A model generated the notes under the pieces. That model had not been told where the DNA came from and did no database searches. It worked only from the letters and a program-made list of their open reading frames with translations. From Chloroflexota bacterium (lineage in GTDB: Bacteria > Chloroflexota > Dehalococcoidia > Lucifugimonadales > UBA3495): a stretch of 64,000 bases of DNA. Numbering within the stretch: position 1 is the stretch's first letter; each line of letters starts with the position of its first letter. The position numbers and the translations under genes were made by a program. The stretch spans positions 1 through 64,000 of the forward strand of contig JAQBVF010000005.1 of NCBI GenBank assembly GCA_027623675.1, given 5' to 3'. Below are positions 1 through 9,744 of the stretch, piece after piece.

Positions 1-42
1 TTACACCACGAAAGCGGGGAATTTGAGTGAATCAGGCCGCAT

Positions 43-71
43 TTGACATCCTTGGGATGCGGAATTACAGT
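43..71 (+). promoter_or_regulatory. sigma70-type promoter upstream of the ABC transporter cluster
   Basis: TTGACA (43-48), 17-nt spacer, TACAGT (66-71). Confidence 0.55.
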
Positions 72-311
72 TGGCGGTATCCCAGAGGGAGCTATAGCCA
101 GGAAAGTCAGTTTGATTTGGGAAATCCCGGATTAGTTCTCATGTAAAGTTGGTAGCGATTTGATTCTTAGTGAGTGGATAGCATGTAACTTAACTGATTC
201 GCATGCCAGCTTATTGGCAACCTGTCGAGTCACCAGCGATATGTTGTCGAGAATGCAAACTACGTAACTTTGGTTTATTAATAGCGTCTAATGGAAAAAG
301 GAGTCCGATTA

Positions 312-2075
312 ATGTCAGCCCCCTTCAGCCTTAAAACAGCGTTTTCTGTGGTTCTAGTGCTCCTCTTGAGCCTTCTAGCCGCATGTGGCAGTTCAGCCAC
401 TACAGAGCCCCAAGCCACCGCTGCGGCTCCGACCGCGACAGCAGGCGCACCGGCATCTAACGCACCGACCTCGGTGTCGGTACCCGCCGCCGAAGGAATG
501 CTCAAAGCCCCGGAAAGCAACCCCAAGCGGGGCGGGGTCTTACAATGGGCTGGTCTTTCGGACTCGCCCCATTTCGATATGGGCCAATGCAACACGGCAG
601 CCTGCGCCGAGCCGATGGGACCCTTCTTTGATAACCTGATTCGCTACAGCCCCTTCGACGGAGGGAAAGCGCTACTGCCGGACCTCGCCACCGAGTGGGA
701 GGTCTCTGACGATGGGCTGGTTTACACATTCCATCTTCGAGAAGGCGTTAAATTCCAAGACGGAGCTGCGCTGACGTCAGAAGACGTCAAGGCTACTTTT
801 GACCGGATAATCTACCCTCCGACCGGAATGGTTTCTCCTCGCCAGCCCCTTTTCGGAGCCGTCAGTGAGGTTCGAACTGTGGATTCCCTGACGGTCGAAT
901 TCGTCCTCACGGCGCCGAGGGCTTTCATCCCGTCGGCGATCGCCTCAGGTTGGAACGTGATTGAACGGAAGAAGACCATTGACGACAACAATTCCGACTT
1001 GAAGAAACTTAAACCTGGCACGATAGAACACCCCGGTACTGGGCCGTTCATTCTGGAGTCCCACCAATCGGGCGAGTTCTGGAAGTTGGAGAGCAACCTC
1101 GATTACTGGAACCCGGAATTACCTTATCTTGACGGGATTCAATTCAACCACCTGCCCTACGGGCCGGCCACCGGAGCGGCGCTACTCACCGGACGCGTCG
1201 ATTATGTGTACGGCGCCGGCGCTGATCTTCGCGATGATATCCGGGCAAATTACGCCGACACCTATACCGCCGTCGAATACCCGATTCCATCTTATGGCGG
1301 AGCGTGGGTCAATTTTGAAAGAGGTCCTTTGGGGGATGCCAAAGTGCGGACGGCAATCTCCATGGTGCTGGATCGCTGCGCCATCAAGAATGCGATCTCC
1401 GCAATTAGGGAAGTTGCCATTGGAACTTGGATAATGCCCGACGACATCACCTATGGCACTCAGTTCGTGGAAGATACTCTCGGTAAAAAACCTGGTTACC
1501 GTTGTCCCGTGCCCGAGGAAGACATAGCTGCAGCCCAGCAGCTTCTGGCGGACGCAGGTTTCCCCAACGGCGAAGGGATTCCCAAGCTGGACATCATGGT
1601 CCGAGACCTCAATTTCTTTGTCTCACCCACGGCGCCTATGCTTCAGGCTTTCATGAAGCAGAATCTCAACATAGATAGCGATATCCGGGTGGTCCATACC
1701 TCGGTTTGGCAAGAAGACCAGGCTCGCGGGAATTACGATTTAGCCATCAATGGAAATCCCACCACGCTGGCCGAAGTCGCGCCTTACTTCTCCTCATATT
1801 TCACCACCGGCGCTGGCGGAAACTGGAGCCGGGGCTCATCCCATCCGGAATTCGACGCCCTGGTGGATAATCTCTTCAATGAGCCGGACCCTGCCAAGCA
1901 GGCGGAGTTCGTCAACCGTGGGGTAGAGATACTAGAAGAGTGGACGCCGATGATTAACCTATATCATTTCGTCATCGTCGATGGGTTCGCCAATTACGTC
2001 AAAGGACATGGCCGGGCCAACCGAAGCACCTTGGTCAATGACCTCCGTTTCGATACGGTATGGTTGGACAAGTAA
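312..2075 (+). CDS. Dpp/Opp-family ABC transporter substrate-binding lipoprotein
   Basis: Lipobox LLAAC, Ala/Pro/Thr linker, family-5 SBP motifs (LATEWEVS..YTFHLREGVKFQDG, GTGPF). ATG 312 follows AAGGAG, so preferred over 291. Confidence 0.9.
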   Translation: MSAPFSLKTAFSVVLVLLLSLLAACGSSATTEPQATAAAPTATAGAPASNAPTSVSVPAAEGMLKAPESNPKRGGVLQWAGLSDSPHFDMGQCNTAACAEPMGPFFDNLIRYSPFDGGKALLPDLATEWEVSDDGLVYTFHLREGVKFQDGAALTSEDVKATFDRIIYPPTGMVSPRQPLFGAVSEVRTVDSLTVEFVLTAPRAFIPSAIASGWNVIERKKTIDDNNSDLKKLKPGTIEHPGTGPFILESHQSGEFWKLESNLDYWNPELPYLDGIQFNHLPYGPATGAALLTGRVDYVYGAGADLRDDIRANYADTYTAVEYPIPSYGGAWVNFERGPLGDAKVRTAISMVLDRCAIKNAISAIREVAIGTWIMPDDITYGTQFVEDTLGKKPGYRCPVPEEDIAAAQQLLADAGFPNGEGIPKLDIMVRDLNFFVSPTAPMLQAFMKQNLNIDSDIRVVHTSVWQEDQARGNYDLAINGNPTTLAEVAPYFSSYFTTGAGGNWSRGSSHPEFDALVDNLFNEPDPAKQAEFVNRGVEILEEWTPMINLYHFVIVDGFANYVKGHGRANRSTLVNDLRFDTVWLDK

Positions 2076-2085
2076 TTAGGTATTT

Positions 2086-3042
2086 ATGCACAAATACGTC
2101 GCCAAGCGGCTCTTATACTCAATTCCCGGCTTGTTCGGAATCACAATCATCATCTTCTTCGCGCTCCGAATTCTGCCGGGAGACCCGCTGACGATTCTCT
2201 ATGGCGATGGCGGTAGAGCCAACCTGACGGACGCCGATGTTACCGCCATCAAACACGACTTGGGTCTCGATAAGTCCCTAGTTATCCAGTACGGCGAATG
2301 GTTGCAAGACATCTTTACCGGGAAGATGGGTGAGTCGTTCTGGCGCGGCGATTCCGTCTCGGAAATGATTCTACGGCGAGGTCCGCTTACGGCCGAGATC
2401 GCGGTCATAGCGGTCCTTGTATCGTGGTTGATTGGCTTGCCGGTTGGGATTATTGGCGCCATCCGGCAAAACAGCATTGCAGACTATGTCACCCGTTTCT
2501 TTACAATCATATTTTTGGCGGTTCCCAGTTTCTGGGTAGCCATCTTGGTGGTAGTTTTTTCTCTGCTGGCGTTCAATTATCGTCCACCATTAGGCATCAT
2601 CCAGATATGGGAAAACCCGATTGCAAATTTGCAGATCGTACTTGCTCCAGGGATTGTGTTGGGATTAGCCACCTCGGCCTATATCGCCCGCATGGCCCGT
2701 ACAACCCTGTTAGAAGTAATCCGCGACGACTACGTGCGCACCGCCCGAGCCAAGGGCCTGTCTGAACGGACGGTGGTGTTGCGCCACGCCCTTCGCAATG
2801 CTTTGCTACCGGTAATCACCCTATCTGGGGTGCTGTTCGGTCTCCTATTGGGTGGGTCTGTGGCGGTTGAGGCAGCGTTCACGGTGCCCGGTTTGGGTTC
2901 GGCGTTGGTTCAGGCATTTTCCGAACGCGACTTTGTGGTGGTACAGAACCTAGTGCTCCTGTACGGCATCATCTTCGTCTTGGTGAATCTCTCCATCGAT
3001 TTGGCCTACGCTTGGCTCGACCCACGAATCCGCTACAACTAG
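2086..3042 (+). CDS. Dpp/Opp ABC permease, DppB type
   Basis: LPGDP N-terminal motif; DYVRTARAKGL..RHALRNA EAA-loop region; ends LDPRIRY. Confidence 0.92.
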   Translation: MHKYVAKRLLYSIPGLFGITIIIFFALRILPGDPLTILYGDGGRANLTDADVTAIKHDLGLDKSLVIQYGEWLQDIFTGKMGESFWRGDSVSEMILRRGPLTAEIAVIAVLVSWLIGLPVGIIGAIRQNSIADYVTRFFTIIFLAVPSFWVAILVVVFSLLAFNYRPPLGIIQIWENPIANLQIVLAPGIVLGLATSAYIARMARTTLLEVIRDDYVRTARAKGLSERTVVLRHALRNALLPVITLSGVLFGLLLGGSVAVEAAFTVPGLGSALVQAFSERDFVVVQNLVLLYGIIFVLVNLSIDLAYAWLDPRIRYN

Positions 3043-3167
3043 GTTCGGGCATTAATCGGGCAACTTATAGGTATGAACATCCTCGGCAATGATTGGAAGG
3101 TTGGACATCAGCCCCAGTGCACGCTCATTTGATGTAACGCAGGATTCAGAACAGGACTGAGGTCAAT

Positions 3168-4079
3168 TTGGCAGAACAAATCGATACCCAGATCAGTAGT
3201 GCCGCATCGAGCAGTAGCGTGCGGCGCAGGACTAACAGCGCCTGGCGCATTCCAATAACATTCGCACAAAAATACCCGGTTGGGGCGGCGGCCGGAATCT
3301 TCCTACTGTTGATGGCTTTGGTCGCCATATTCGCCGGTGTTATCGCTCCAGCTGACCCTCTGTACGTCGACTTCAATGAACTGGGCAGTTCCCCGTCGGC
3401 CCAAAATCTCCTCGGCACAGACTATACGGGACGCGACATATTAAGCAGAATCATCCATGGCGGTCGGGTATCCCTGCAAGTATCCCTATTCTCGGTGCTA
3501 TTAGGCACTACGGCAGGCTCTGCTTGGGGTATTGCCAGCGCCTACTTCGGAGGCCGATTCGACATCATCAGCCAACGTTTGGTAGAAATGGTCATGTCTT
3601 TCCCGGCGTTGGTATTGGCAATGGTCCTCCTGGTAGCCCTTGGCGGCGGAATGTGGACCGTGATCATCGCAATAGCCGTCACGAGACTTCCGTACGGTGT
3701 AAGGGTGATTCGTTCTGTGGTGCTATCCGTTAAAGAGCTAACCTACGTTGACGCGGCCCGGGCCATGGGCGCTTCCGACCTACGAATAATGGTCCAGCAC
3801 ATCGCTCCCCAATGTTTTGCCGCATTCCTGGTTTTGGCCACGGCCCACCTGGGCGCCGCCATCGTGATTGAGGCTTCATTGGGATTTCTCGGGGTTGGCA
3901 TTACCCCGCCAACGCCCAGCTGGGGCAACATGCTCGGCGGCGTGGTATCAGCGACTTACAAGCCGATCTGGTGGCTGGTGCTTTTCCCAGGTTTGGCAAT
4001 CTCGCTGACCGTACTCGCCTTCAACCTGCTAGGAGACTCCCTTAGGGACGCCCTAGACCCAAAGTTGCGTGGCCGGTAA
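3168..4079 (+). CDS. Dpp/Opp ABC permease, DppC type
   Basis: LLGTDYTGRDILSRIIHG, YVDAARAMGAS, PTPSWGNML, GDSLRDALDP; TTG start after GAGG. Confidence 0.92.
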   Translation: MAEQIDTQISSAASSSSVRRRTNSAWRIPITFAQKYPVGAAAGIFLLLMALVAIFAGVIAPADPLYVDFNELGSSPSAQNLLGTDYTGRDILSRIIHGGRVSLQVSLFSVLLGTTAGSAWGIASAYFGGRFDIISQRLVEMVMSFPALVLAMVLLVALGGGMWTVIIAIAVTRLPYGVRVIRSVVLSVKELTYVDAARAMGASDLRIMVQHIAPQCFAAFLVLATAHLGAAIVIEASLGFLGVGITPPTPSWGNMLGGVVSATYKPIWWLVLFPGLAISLTVLAFNLLGDSLRDALDPKLRGR

Positions 4080-4348
4080 CGGCGGACCACCGCCTAAGAT
4101 TTTATTCATAGAGCCTACCATCCTGCTGAAGAACACTTGGGCTAGGTCGAGGAAATAATTTGCCCAGTGCCTACAGACCCGTTCTTCAAACGATTGGTTA
4201 AGTGATATTTCCGCTCCTAAAATACGCACAGCCGTTGCTGTGAGGAAGGAGTGGGACATGTCGAAAGAACGGAGGAAGCACAGCGTGTCAAGGGTGGAGA
4301 GAATTTGTGCCAGCGGGGCGGATTGACTGACAGTCTTGCTGGCGGCTT

Positions 4349-4561
4349 TTACGTAACCAGGCCAGCAGCCAAGTAGTACCCTACGATCCCCGCCACTGCA
4401 CTCCCAGACACGCCCAGTGTTCCCCTCCACCTCGCGCCCTTCCAGACAGCAACCGTGCCAGCTACGACGCCCAGCAGTCCCAACACCAAGGGATCGAGGA
4501 ACAAGGACAAAGCGGCGCACGCCACCCTGCCGGTTACCCAATTTCAACCAGGTTGATTCAT
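4349..4561 (-). pseudogene. small two-helix membrane protein with in-frame TGA at codon 6, or an intact 58-aa gene from a downstream GTG
   Basis: Hand translation MNQPG*NWVTGRVACAALSLFLDPLVLGLLGVVAGTVAVWKGARWRGTLGVSGSAVAGIVGYYLAAGLVT*; not in the ORF track. Confidence 0.35.
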
Positions 4562-4695
4562 CGGTCTCACTGTCTCGCAGGCCAGAGTTCTCTTACCCTG
4601 ACATCACCTAACCGCGATAAGCCAGCTTCGCTCACCGAAGACCTCCGGGTTCCCCGTCCGCTGAGCAACCTTCAGCGCCCTAGCTGTGTGCATTA

Positions 4696-4932
4696 TCATT
4701 TGCGCCTTATTGCGCCCGCTGTAAAATCTCCGATGAGCGAGCCAGTAGATGCAGACACCAAAGCAATTACGACGTACAACGCTTGGTACCCCAGTCCAAT
4801 GTCTGTACCCATAAGACCTACCATGAAGAGTGCGGGTATGCTTACAGAAAGTCCCCATTGCCACCAGTGAGTTTTTCGCCAGATCAATCGGCAGAAGAAG
4901 CTGAAGATCGCTCCCACTACCAGGTAGGTCAA
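4696..4932 (-). CDS. hypothetical small membrane protein
   Basis: About three hydrophobic segments and a basic C-terminus; start codon uncertain. Confidence 0.45.
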   Translation of the reverse strand: MTYLVVGAIFSFFCRLIWRKTHWWQWGLSVSIPALFMVGLMGTDIGLGYQALYVVIALVSASTGSLIGDFTAGAIRRK

Positions 4933-4993
4933 AACAACCGGGACGATTCGCTCTAAGACGCGTTTGGTCGGCCCTTGGGCCGCTAACCCTCCC

Positions 4994-6337
4994 CTATCCC
5001 TCGATAAAGATCAGCTGGGCATCCGTTATATCGAAACCGGTGTCTATCAGTTCCCCAGTGGCTGAGGCTGTGTTGTAGACGAACACCTTGGACCGGTCCC
5101 CGCCTTCATAGAACGGCTTGATCAGCACGTAGCCGTTGTCGGCGTCGATAGTCGCGTTCCACCCAGATATCCCGACGGCTGTAGACGGCATGTCGAAGGC
5201 ATGCACGGTGAAAAGTTCGGGGTTCGTTAGGTCCGCGGCCAGTATCTCAACCGAGTAAGCGCCGGACTTTTCCAGGAATCCGGCCCAATAGGCCATGCCG
5301 TCGGCGATGACCACGTTTTGCCAACTCGCCGGATGGTAATCGTCCCACCCGTCTATCTCGAAGGCGGCGGTGTAGACGCCGGCGGGCTGGCCGGTTTCGG
5401 GGTCTACCGTGAACACGCCGGTGACGGGGTCCGGCTGGCTGGGCAACTTGGCGCCGTAGAGGGTGTCTCCGCTCGACACCAGATCGAAGCCGATATCCGG
5501 TTTGTCCAACTGGGTTGAAGACCCGCCGTTGTCGTAGGGAGACCGGATGTAGTCGCCTGGGACATTGTAGTAACCCCGGGACATCGACCATTGCTGCGTG
5601 CTGCCTGTCTTGAAATACACCCGCCCGCCGGCCACCGCGTATCCGGGATCCACGACGTCACTCTGGGTCCCCCATTCCGATTTTCGGTCAAGAGTCCTGG
5701 TGTCGTATTCGGCGATGGTCATCGCGCCGCCGTTGGTGTACTTGTCCGACACGTACAACCGGTCTTCCAACGTGTAGGGGCGCTTGAAATGGGGCGCATA
5801 GCTGGGCGAGCTATAGGAATTCAGGACCGTGGTTTCACCGGTGTCCGGGATATAGAGCAAGACCGATCTCGACGAGCTTTCCAGTTGGATGAACTTGGTG
5901 CCCAGCATCGCGCCCGTGCTGGAGTCGTTGACGATGGTCTTGAGGGTGCCCGAGCTGCTGCCGCCGCTCACCGCCAATACCAGGGCCACGGTGTCGGTGG
6001 GTACGATGTCGGGTTCCGGGGCCGGTGTTTCCGATGCCCGCGCACCAGAGGTGCCGCCGTTGTTGGTCAATGGCCCGGGGCCAGACTCGGGCTCGGCCGT
6101 ATCAGGGATATTTGGTGCGGTCGCGTCGGCCGGGGTGTCGGCCGGGGACTGCGTGGCCGGCGCGGTCGTCGGTTCGGTCACGGGGTCGGCGCCGCTATCA
6201 CCGCTGGTGCAGGCAACGGCAACCAGAAGAAGGACCGCGATGGACAACGCGGTGGTTAGCCGCTTTATCTGGCTTGCGGTTGCCCGGTTGATTGAAGAAA
6301 CAGGCTGGTAAATACCCGTGGAAATATCCGTGGCCAT
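4994..6337 (-). CDS. secreted lipoprotein with Pro/Thr/Ala-rich linker and probable beta-rich domain
   Basis: AGGAGG RBS before ATG 6337; lipobox VAVAC; low-complexity linker followed by short beta-strand-like segments. Confidence 0.75.
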   Translation of the reverse strand: MATDISTGIYQPVSSINRATASQIKRLTTALSIAVLLLVAVACTSGDSGADPVTEPTTAPATQSPADTPADATAPNIPDTAEPESGPGPLTNNGGTSGARASETPAPEPDIVPTDTVALVLAVSGGSSSGTLKTIVNDSSTGAMLGTKFIQLESSSRSVLLYIPDTGETTVLNSYSSPSYAPHFKRPYTLEDRLYVSDKYTNGGAMTIAEYDTRTLDRKSEWGTQSDVVDPGYAVAGGRVYFKTGSTQQWSMSRGYYNVPGDYIRSPYDNGGSSTQLDKPDIGFDLVSSGDTLYGAKLPSQPDPVTGVFTVDPETGQPAGVYTAAFEIDGWDDYHPASWQNVVIADGMAYWAGFLEKSGAYSVEILAADLTNPELFTVHAFDMPSTAVGISGWNATIDADNGYVLIKPFYEGGDRSKVFVYNTASATGELIDTGFDITDAQLIFIEG

Positions 6338-6508
6338 AACGCCTCCTGGCAGCGGGTCGGTTTCGGGACACCCCATATATCTTCGGCCCCTGAATCCGGT
6401 AAATCAATGTACGCCCCGCAAGACATGGGGGCTGCCATGCGGTTTTCGGAGCTGCCCCCAGCAAGGAACCGGCGTGCTTCCGATCGGGTTTCGAGGCTGA
6501 ATATTTCG

Positions 6509-6537
6509 TTGACACCCCCACAGGCCGGTGATAAGCT
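6509..6537 (+). promoter_or_regulatory. sigma70-type promoter of the thi operon
   Basis: TTGACA (6509-6514), 17-nt spacer, TGn-TAAGCT extended -10 (6529-6537), just upstream of the TPP aptamer. Confidence 0.7.
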
Positions 6538-6562
6538 CAACTCGTAACAGGACGGTAAACAC

Positions 6563-6660
6563 GTTCTGGCGGGAGCTTGGGTAAGCCAGGCTGAGAGGGT
6601 GGCCAATATCGCCGCCGACCGTCTGTACCTGACCCAGATAATACTGGCGCAGGGATTAGA
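6563..6660 (+). ncRNA. TPP riboswitch
   Basis: Conserved TPP elements GGG..GCTGAGAGG..GACCG..ACCTGA..GATAATAC.GGCGCAGGGA directly upstream of thiG. Confidence 0.95.
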
Positions 6661-6681
6661 CGCAGCAGCAGACTTACGAAG

Positions 6682-6717
6682 CAGCCACCAGGCTATATAC
6701 CTGGTGGCTGTTTCTCT
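6682..6717 (+). terminator. intrinsic terminator in the TPP riboswitch expression platform
   Basis: Perfect 11-bp stem CAGCCACCAGG/CCTGGTGGCTG followed by TTTCTCT. Confidence 0.7.
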
Positions 6718-6747
6718 ATAGCTACTCCCAAAAGGAGAATGGACGAT

Positions 6748-7539
6748 ATGTCCGATGAACTGATTATCGGTGGGAAGTCTTTCAATTCCCGGCTCATCGT
6801 GGGAACGGGTCGGTACCGCACCATGGAAGAGATGGTTGCAGCGGTAGAGGCCTCCGGGACCGAGATGATTACGGTGGCCATCCGGCGCCTGGACCTGGAC
6901 GACCCAACCAGCAAGACCCTGCTCGATTACATCGACTGGAGCAAGTACCAGATATTGCCCAACACCGCGGGCTGCGCCACCGTGGAGGAGGCCCTGTTCG
7001 TCGCCCGGTTGGGCCGTGAAGTGGGCCAGACCGACTTCGTAAAGTTGGAGGTCATTCCCGACCACAACTACCTGTTCCCAGACGGCGCCGCCACGTTGGA
7101 GGCTGCCCGGCTCCTGGTGAAAGAAGGGTTCAAGGTGCTGCCCTACATCCATGCCGACCCGACGTTGGCCAAAGCCCTGGAAGAGGCCGGCTGTGTAACG
7201 GTGATGCCGCTTGGTTCGGCCATCGGTTCGGGCCAGGGCATCCACACCATGGAAGAGATCAAGATCATCATTGAGCAGGCCAACATCCCGGTGGTGGTTG
7301 ACGCCGGTCTGGCAGTGCCCTCCGACGCCGCTCAGGCGCTGGAGATGGGCGCCGACGCGGTGCTGGTGAATACCGCGATCGCCCAGGCCGATGACCCGGC
7401 CCTGATGGGCGAGGCCTTCAAGTATGGCGTGCGGGCTGGCCGGAGCGCATACCTGGCGGGCCGGATCGGGGTGCGGCGCAGCGCCATTGCCAGCAGCCCG
7501 ACCACCGACGTGCCCCAGCCAGTGCCGGCCAGCAGCTAG
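6748..7539 (+). CDS. thiG: thiazole synthase
   Basis: [49 protein letters not shown]. Confidence 0.97.
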   Translation: MSDELIIGGKSFNSRLIVGTGRYRTMEEMVAAVEASGTEMITVAIRRLDLDDPTSKTLLDYIDWSKYQILPNTAGCATVEEALFVARLGREVGQTDFVKLEVIPDHNYLFPDGAATLEAARLLVKEGFKVLPYIHADPTLAKALEEAGCVTVMPLGSAIGSGQGIHTMEEIKIIIEQANIPVVVDAGLAVPSDAAQALEMGADAVLVNTAIAQADDPALMGEAFKYGVRAGRSAYLAGRIGVRRSAIASSPTTDVPQPVPASS

Positions 7540-7544
7540 GCTGG

Positions 7545-8249
7545 GTGACCGCCGAACTGCCACGCCCCTGTCTCTGTCTGGTTACCAGCCGTTCCGCGAC
7601 CGGGCCGGACGGCAATGGTGATTACTCCGACCTGGTTGAACGCGTGGCACAGGCAGTGCTAGGCGGGGTTGACATGGTGCAGTTGCGAGAGAAAGACCTG
7701 GCCGGCCGGGAGTTGCTGACTCTGGCCGATGCCTTGTTGGAGGCGATTGACGGAAGGGCCATGCTGCTGGTGAATGAAAGGGCCGATGTGGCATTGGCCG
7801 CCGGCGCCCGTGGAGTGCAACTGGGCGAGGAAGGACTGCCGGTGAGGGCCGCGAGGAAGACGCTGGGCAATGGCGGGTTGATCGGCCGTTCGGTGCATAC
7901 GGAACGTTCGGCGTTGCAAGCAGAGGCCGATGGGGCCGACTTTCTGATCGTGGGCACCATGTTCCCATCCCAGTCCCATCCCGGCGAGACACCGTCCGGT
8001 CCCGGCCTGATGGGGCGGATATCCGAAAACAGCCGGCTGCCCTTGATCGGCATCGGGGGAATCACCCCAGAGAATGCGGCCACGGTGATCGAAGCTGGGG
8101 CTTCAGGGGTTGCCGTGATTACCAATATCCTGGCCGCGCCCGACCCGGCAGCGGCTGCAGCCGAGTTGAAGCAGGTGCTGCGGCAAGCCTGCCGCCTGGG
8201 CGGCGGAGGCGCCGCAGGGGTGGGCAGCAGAGGAAATGACAGACAATGA
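7545..8249 (+). CDS. thiE: thiamine phosphate synthase
   Basis: GGVDMVQLREK, LLVNERADVA, GRSVH, IGGIT; lies between thiG and thiS. Confidence 0.93.
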   Translation: MTAELPRPCLCLVTSRSATGPDGNGDYSDLVERVAQAVLGGVDMVQLREKDLAGRELLTLADALLEAIDGRAMLLVNERADVALAAGARGVQLGEEGLPVRAARKTLGNGGLIGRSVHTERSALQAEADGADFLIVGTMFPSQSHPGETPSGPGLMGRISENSRLPLIGIGGITPENAATVIEAGASGVAVITNILAAPDPAAAAAELKQVLRQACRLGGGGAAGVGSRGNDRQ

Positions 8250-8449
8250 TTAATCTAACGGTGAACGGAAAACCTCGACCGATAGAAGCCAGCGTGGACC
8301 TGGAGACGTATCTGGCGTCTTTTGGTTTTAACCTCAAGTTCGTCGCGGTGGGTTACAATGGCGTGGTGCTCAAGAAGGATGAGTTCGCCAACCTCACATT
8401 GCAAGACGGCGACGTTCTGGAGATAGTCCGCCCAGTTGGCGGCGGCTAG
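8246..8449 (+). CDS. thiS: sulfur carrier protein ThiS
   Basis: 67-aa ubiquitin-like protein ending LEIVRPVGGG. Confidence 0.95.
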   Translation: MINLTVNGKPRPIEASVDLETYLASFGFNLKFVAVGYNGVVLKKDEFANLTLQDGDVLEIVRPVGGG

Positions 8450-8572
8450 ATCACTGGATTGGGACCCCGTGGGACCACGGTGAGACCACGGTCTTAACCT
8501 AACATAACGCAGGTCTCGGGCTGCCCCGTGACCCCGTGGGCGTCCCGGACCCATTTGAATCTGTAACCTTCT

Positions 8573-8827
8573 ATGGCCGAGAATTTTTCAGTAACCAACG
8601 AGATTGTTGATCCGATATTGGCGAACGTTATAACGGTCAACCAGGACAAGGTGGTGGGCTGGATCTACGGCGAGCCAGGGGCCTGGGGCTTCCTATCCGG
8701 ACAGGCGGTGGCGAACGTCCGCGATCGTGCGGACCGACGCTTGACGGACCAGGAGCGAAGACTGGTCTGGAGCCGCATGTGGTGGTGGCTGGAACAGGTC
8801 AAAGCTCGGATGGGTAACCAATCCTGA
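8573..8827 (+). CDS. hypothetical protein
   Basis: 84-aa Trp-rich ORF filling the intergenic gap. Confidence 0.65.
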   Translation: MAENFSVTNEIVDPILANVITVNQDKVVGWIYGEPGAWGFLSGQAVANVRDRADRRLTDQERRLVWSRMWWWLEQVKARMGNQS

Positions 8828-8978
8828 CCGGCCCAGCCGCGCTCCTCCTGACTACTTGCGCCTCTGTTACTTACCAACCCTAAATTTCATGGGCGTATCT
8901 GCGGCAGGCACGTTCCGATATACTGTGAATCAGTAAACCGCAGACAACGCCTGCGGTATTTTGTTTGTCGAAGAGAAT

Positions 8979-9686
8979 ATGTCCGACTCCATAATTACCG
9001 CCAGCTCCATCCACAAGACCTACGACACTGGTGTCGTCAAGGTGAACGCCCTCCGAGGAGTGGACCTAACGGTTGGCCGCGGCGAGATGGTCGCCATCAT
9101 GGGACCCAGCGGCTGCGGCAAAACCACCATGTTGAACTGCCTTTCCGGTCTGGACGAGATTGACTCGGGCCAGGTGGTTATCGACGGCGTGGTGCTCCAT
9201 GACCTGCCCGACGACGAGCGCAGCGACTACCGGGCCCGCCGCATGGGGTTCGTTTTCCAGCTCTACAACCTGCTTCCCGTTCTGTCGGCTGTCGAGAACG
9301 TGGAACTTCCGCTTTTAGTGTCTGGCACCGGGCCTGCCGAATCACGCAGAAGGTCGATGGAACTATTGGACCTGGTGGGACTGAGCGAGCGCGCCCAGCA
9401 TCTTCCCGGCGAGCTTTCGGGCGGGCAACGCCAGCGCGTGACCATCGCCAGGGCCTTGGTCAACCAGCCGTCGATCGTTTGGGCAGACGAACCCACCGGC
9501 GATCTGGACAGCGAGACGGCTGGCGAGATCATGGACCTGATGTGCGGGCTCAACGCGGACAACGGCCAGAGCTTTGTCCTGGTTACCCACTCGGCGGATG
9601 TGGGAAACCGCGCCCACCGCATCGTCCGTATGCGCGATGGGGAGATCGTTGACGACGGCGTCAACGCGGTCACAATACCTCAGTAA
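8979..9686 (+). CDS. ABC transporter ATP-binding protein, LolD/MacB-like
   Basis: Walker [37 protein letters not shown]. Confidence 0.93.
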   Translation: MSDSIITASSIHKTYDTGVVKVNALRGVDLTVGRGEMVAIMGPSGCGKTTMLNCLSGLDEIDSGQVVIDGVVLHDLPDDERSDYRARRMGFVFQLYNLLPVLSAVENVELPLLVSGTGPAESRRRSMELLDLVGLSERAQHLPGELSGGQRQRVTIARALVNQPSIVWADEPTGDLDSETAGEIMDLMCGLNADNGQSFVLVTHSADVGNRAHRIVRMRDGEIVDDGVNAVTIPQ

Positions 9687-9744
9687 CAATCGCATTGCCC
9701 TGGCGGGCCGGTAGCCAAGCCTCACAGATACCTCCAGGATTTGT

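Noticed and set aside
75..230. SAM-I riboswitch in the transporter leader (TATCCCAGAG, GGCAACC fragments)
   Set aside because: The other conserved elements, the spacing and the P1 pairing are absent.
4053..4547. 164-aa minus-strand ORF in the ORF track
   Set aside because: Composition is not protein-like and it overlaps the dppC end; another frame gives a more credible membrane protein.
6265..7563. Long antisense ORFs such as this one, 34617-35843, 47714-48838 and 60525-61511
   Set aside because: Shadow frames of GC-rich genes on the opposite strand, with no motifs of their own.
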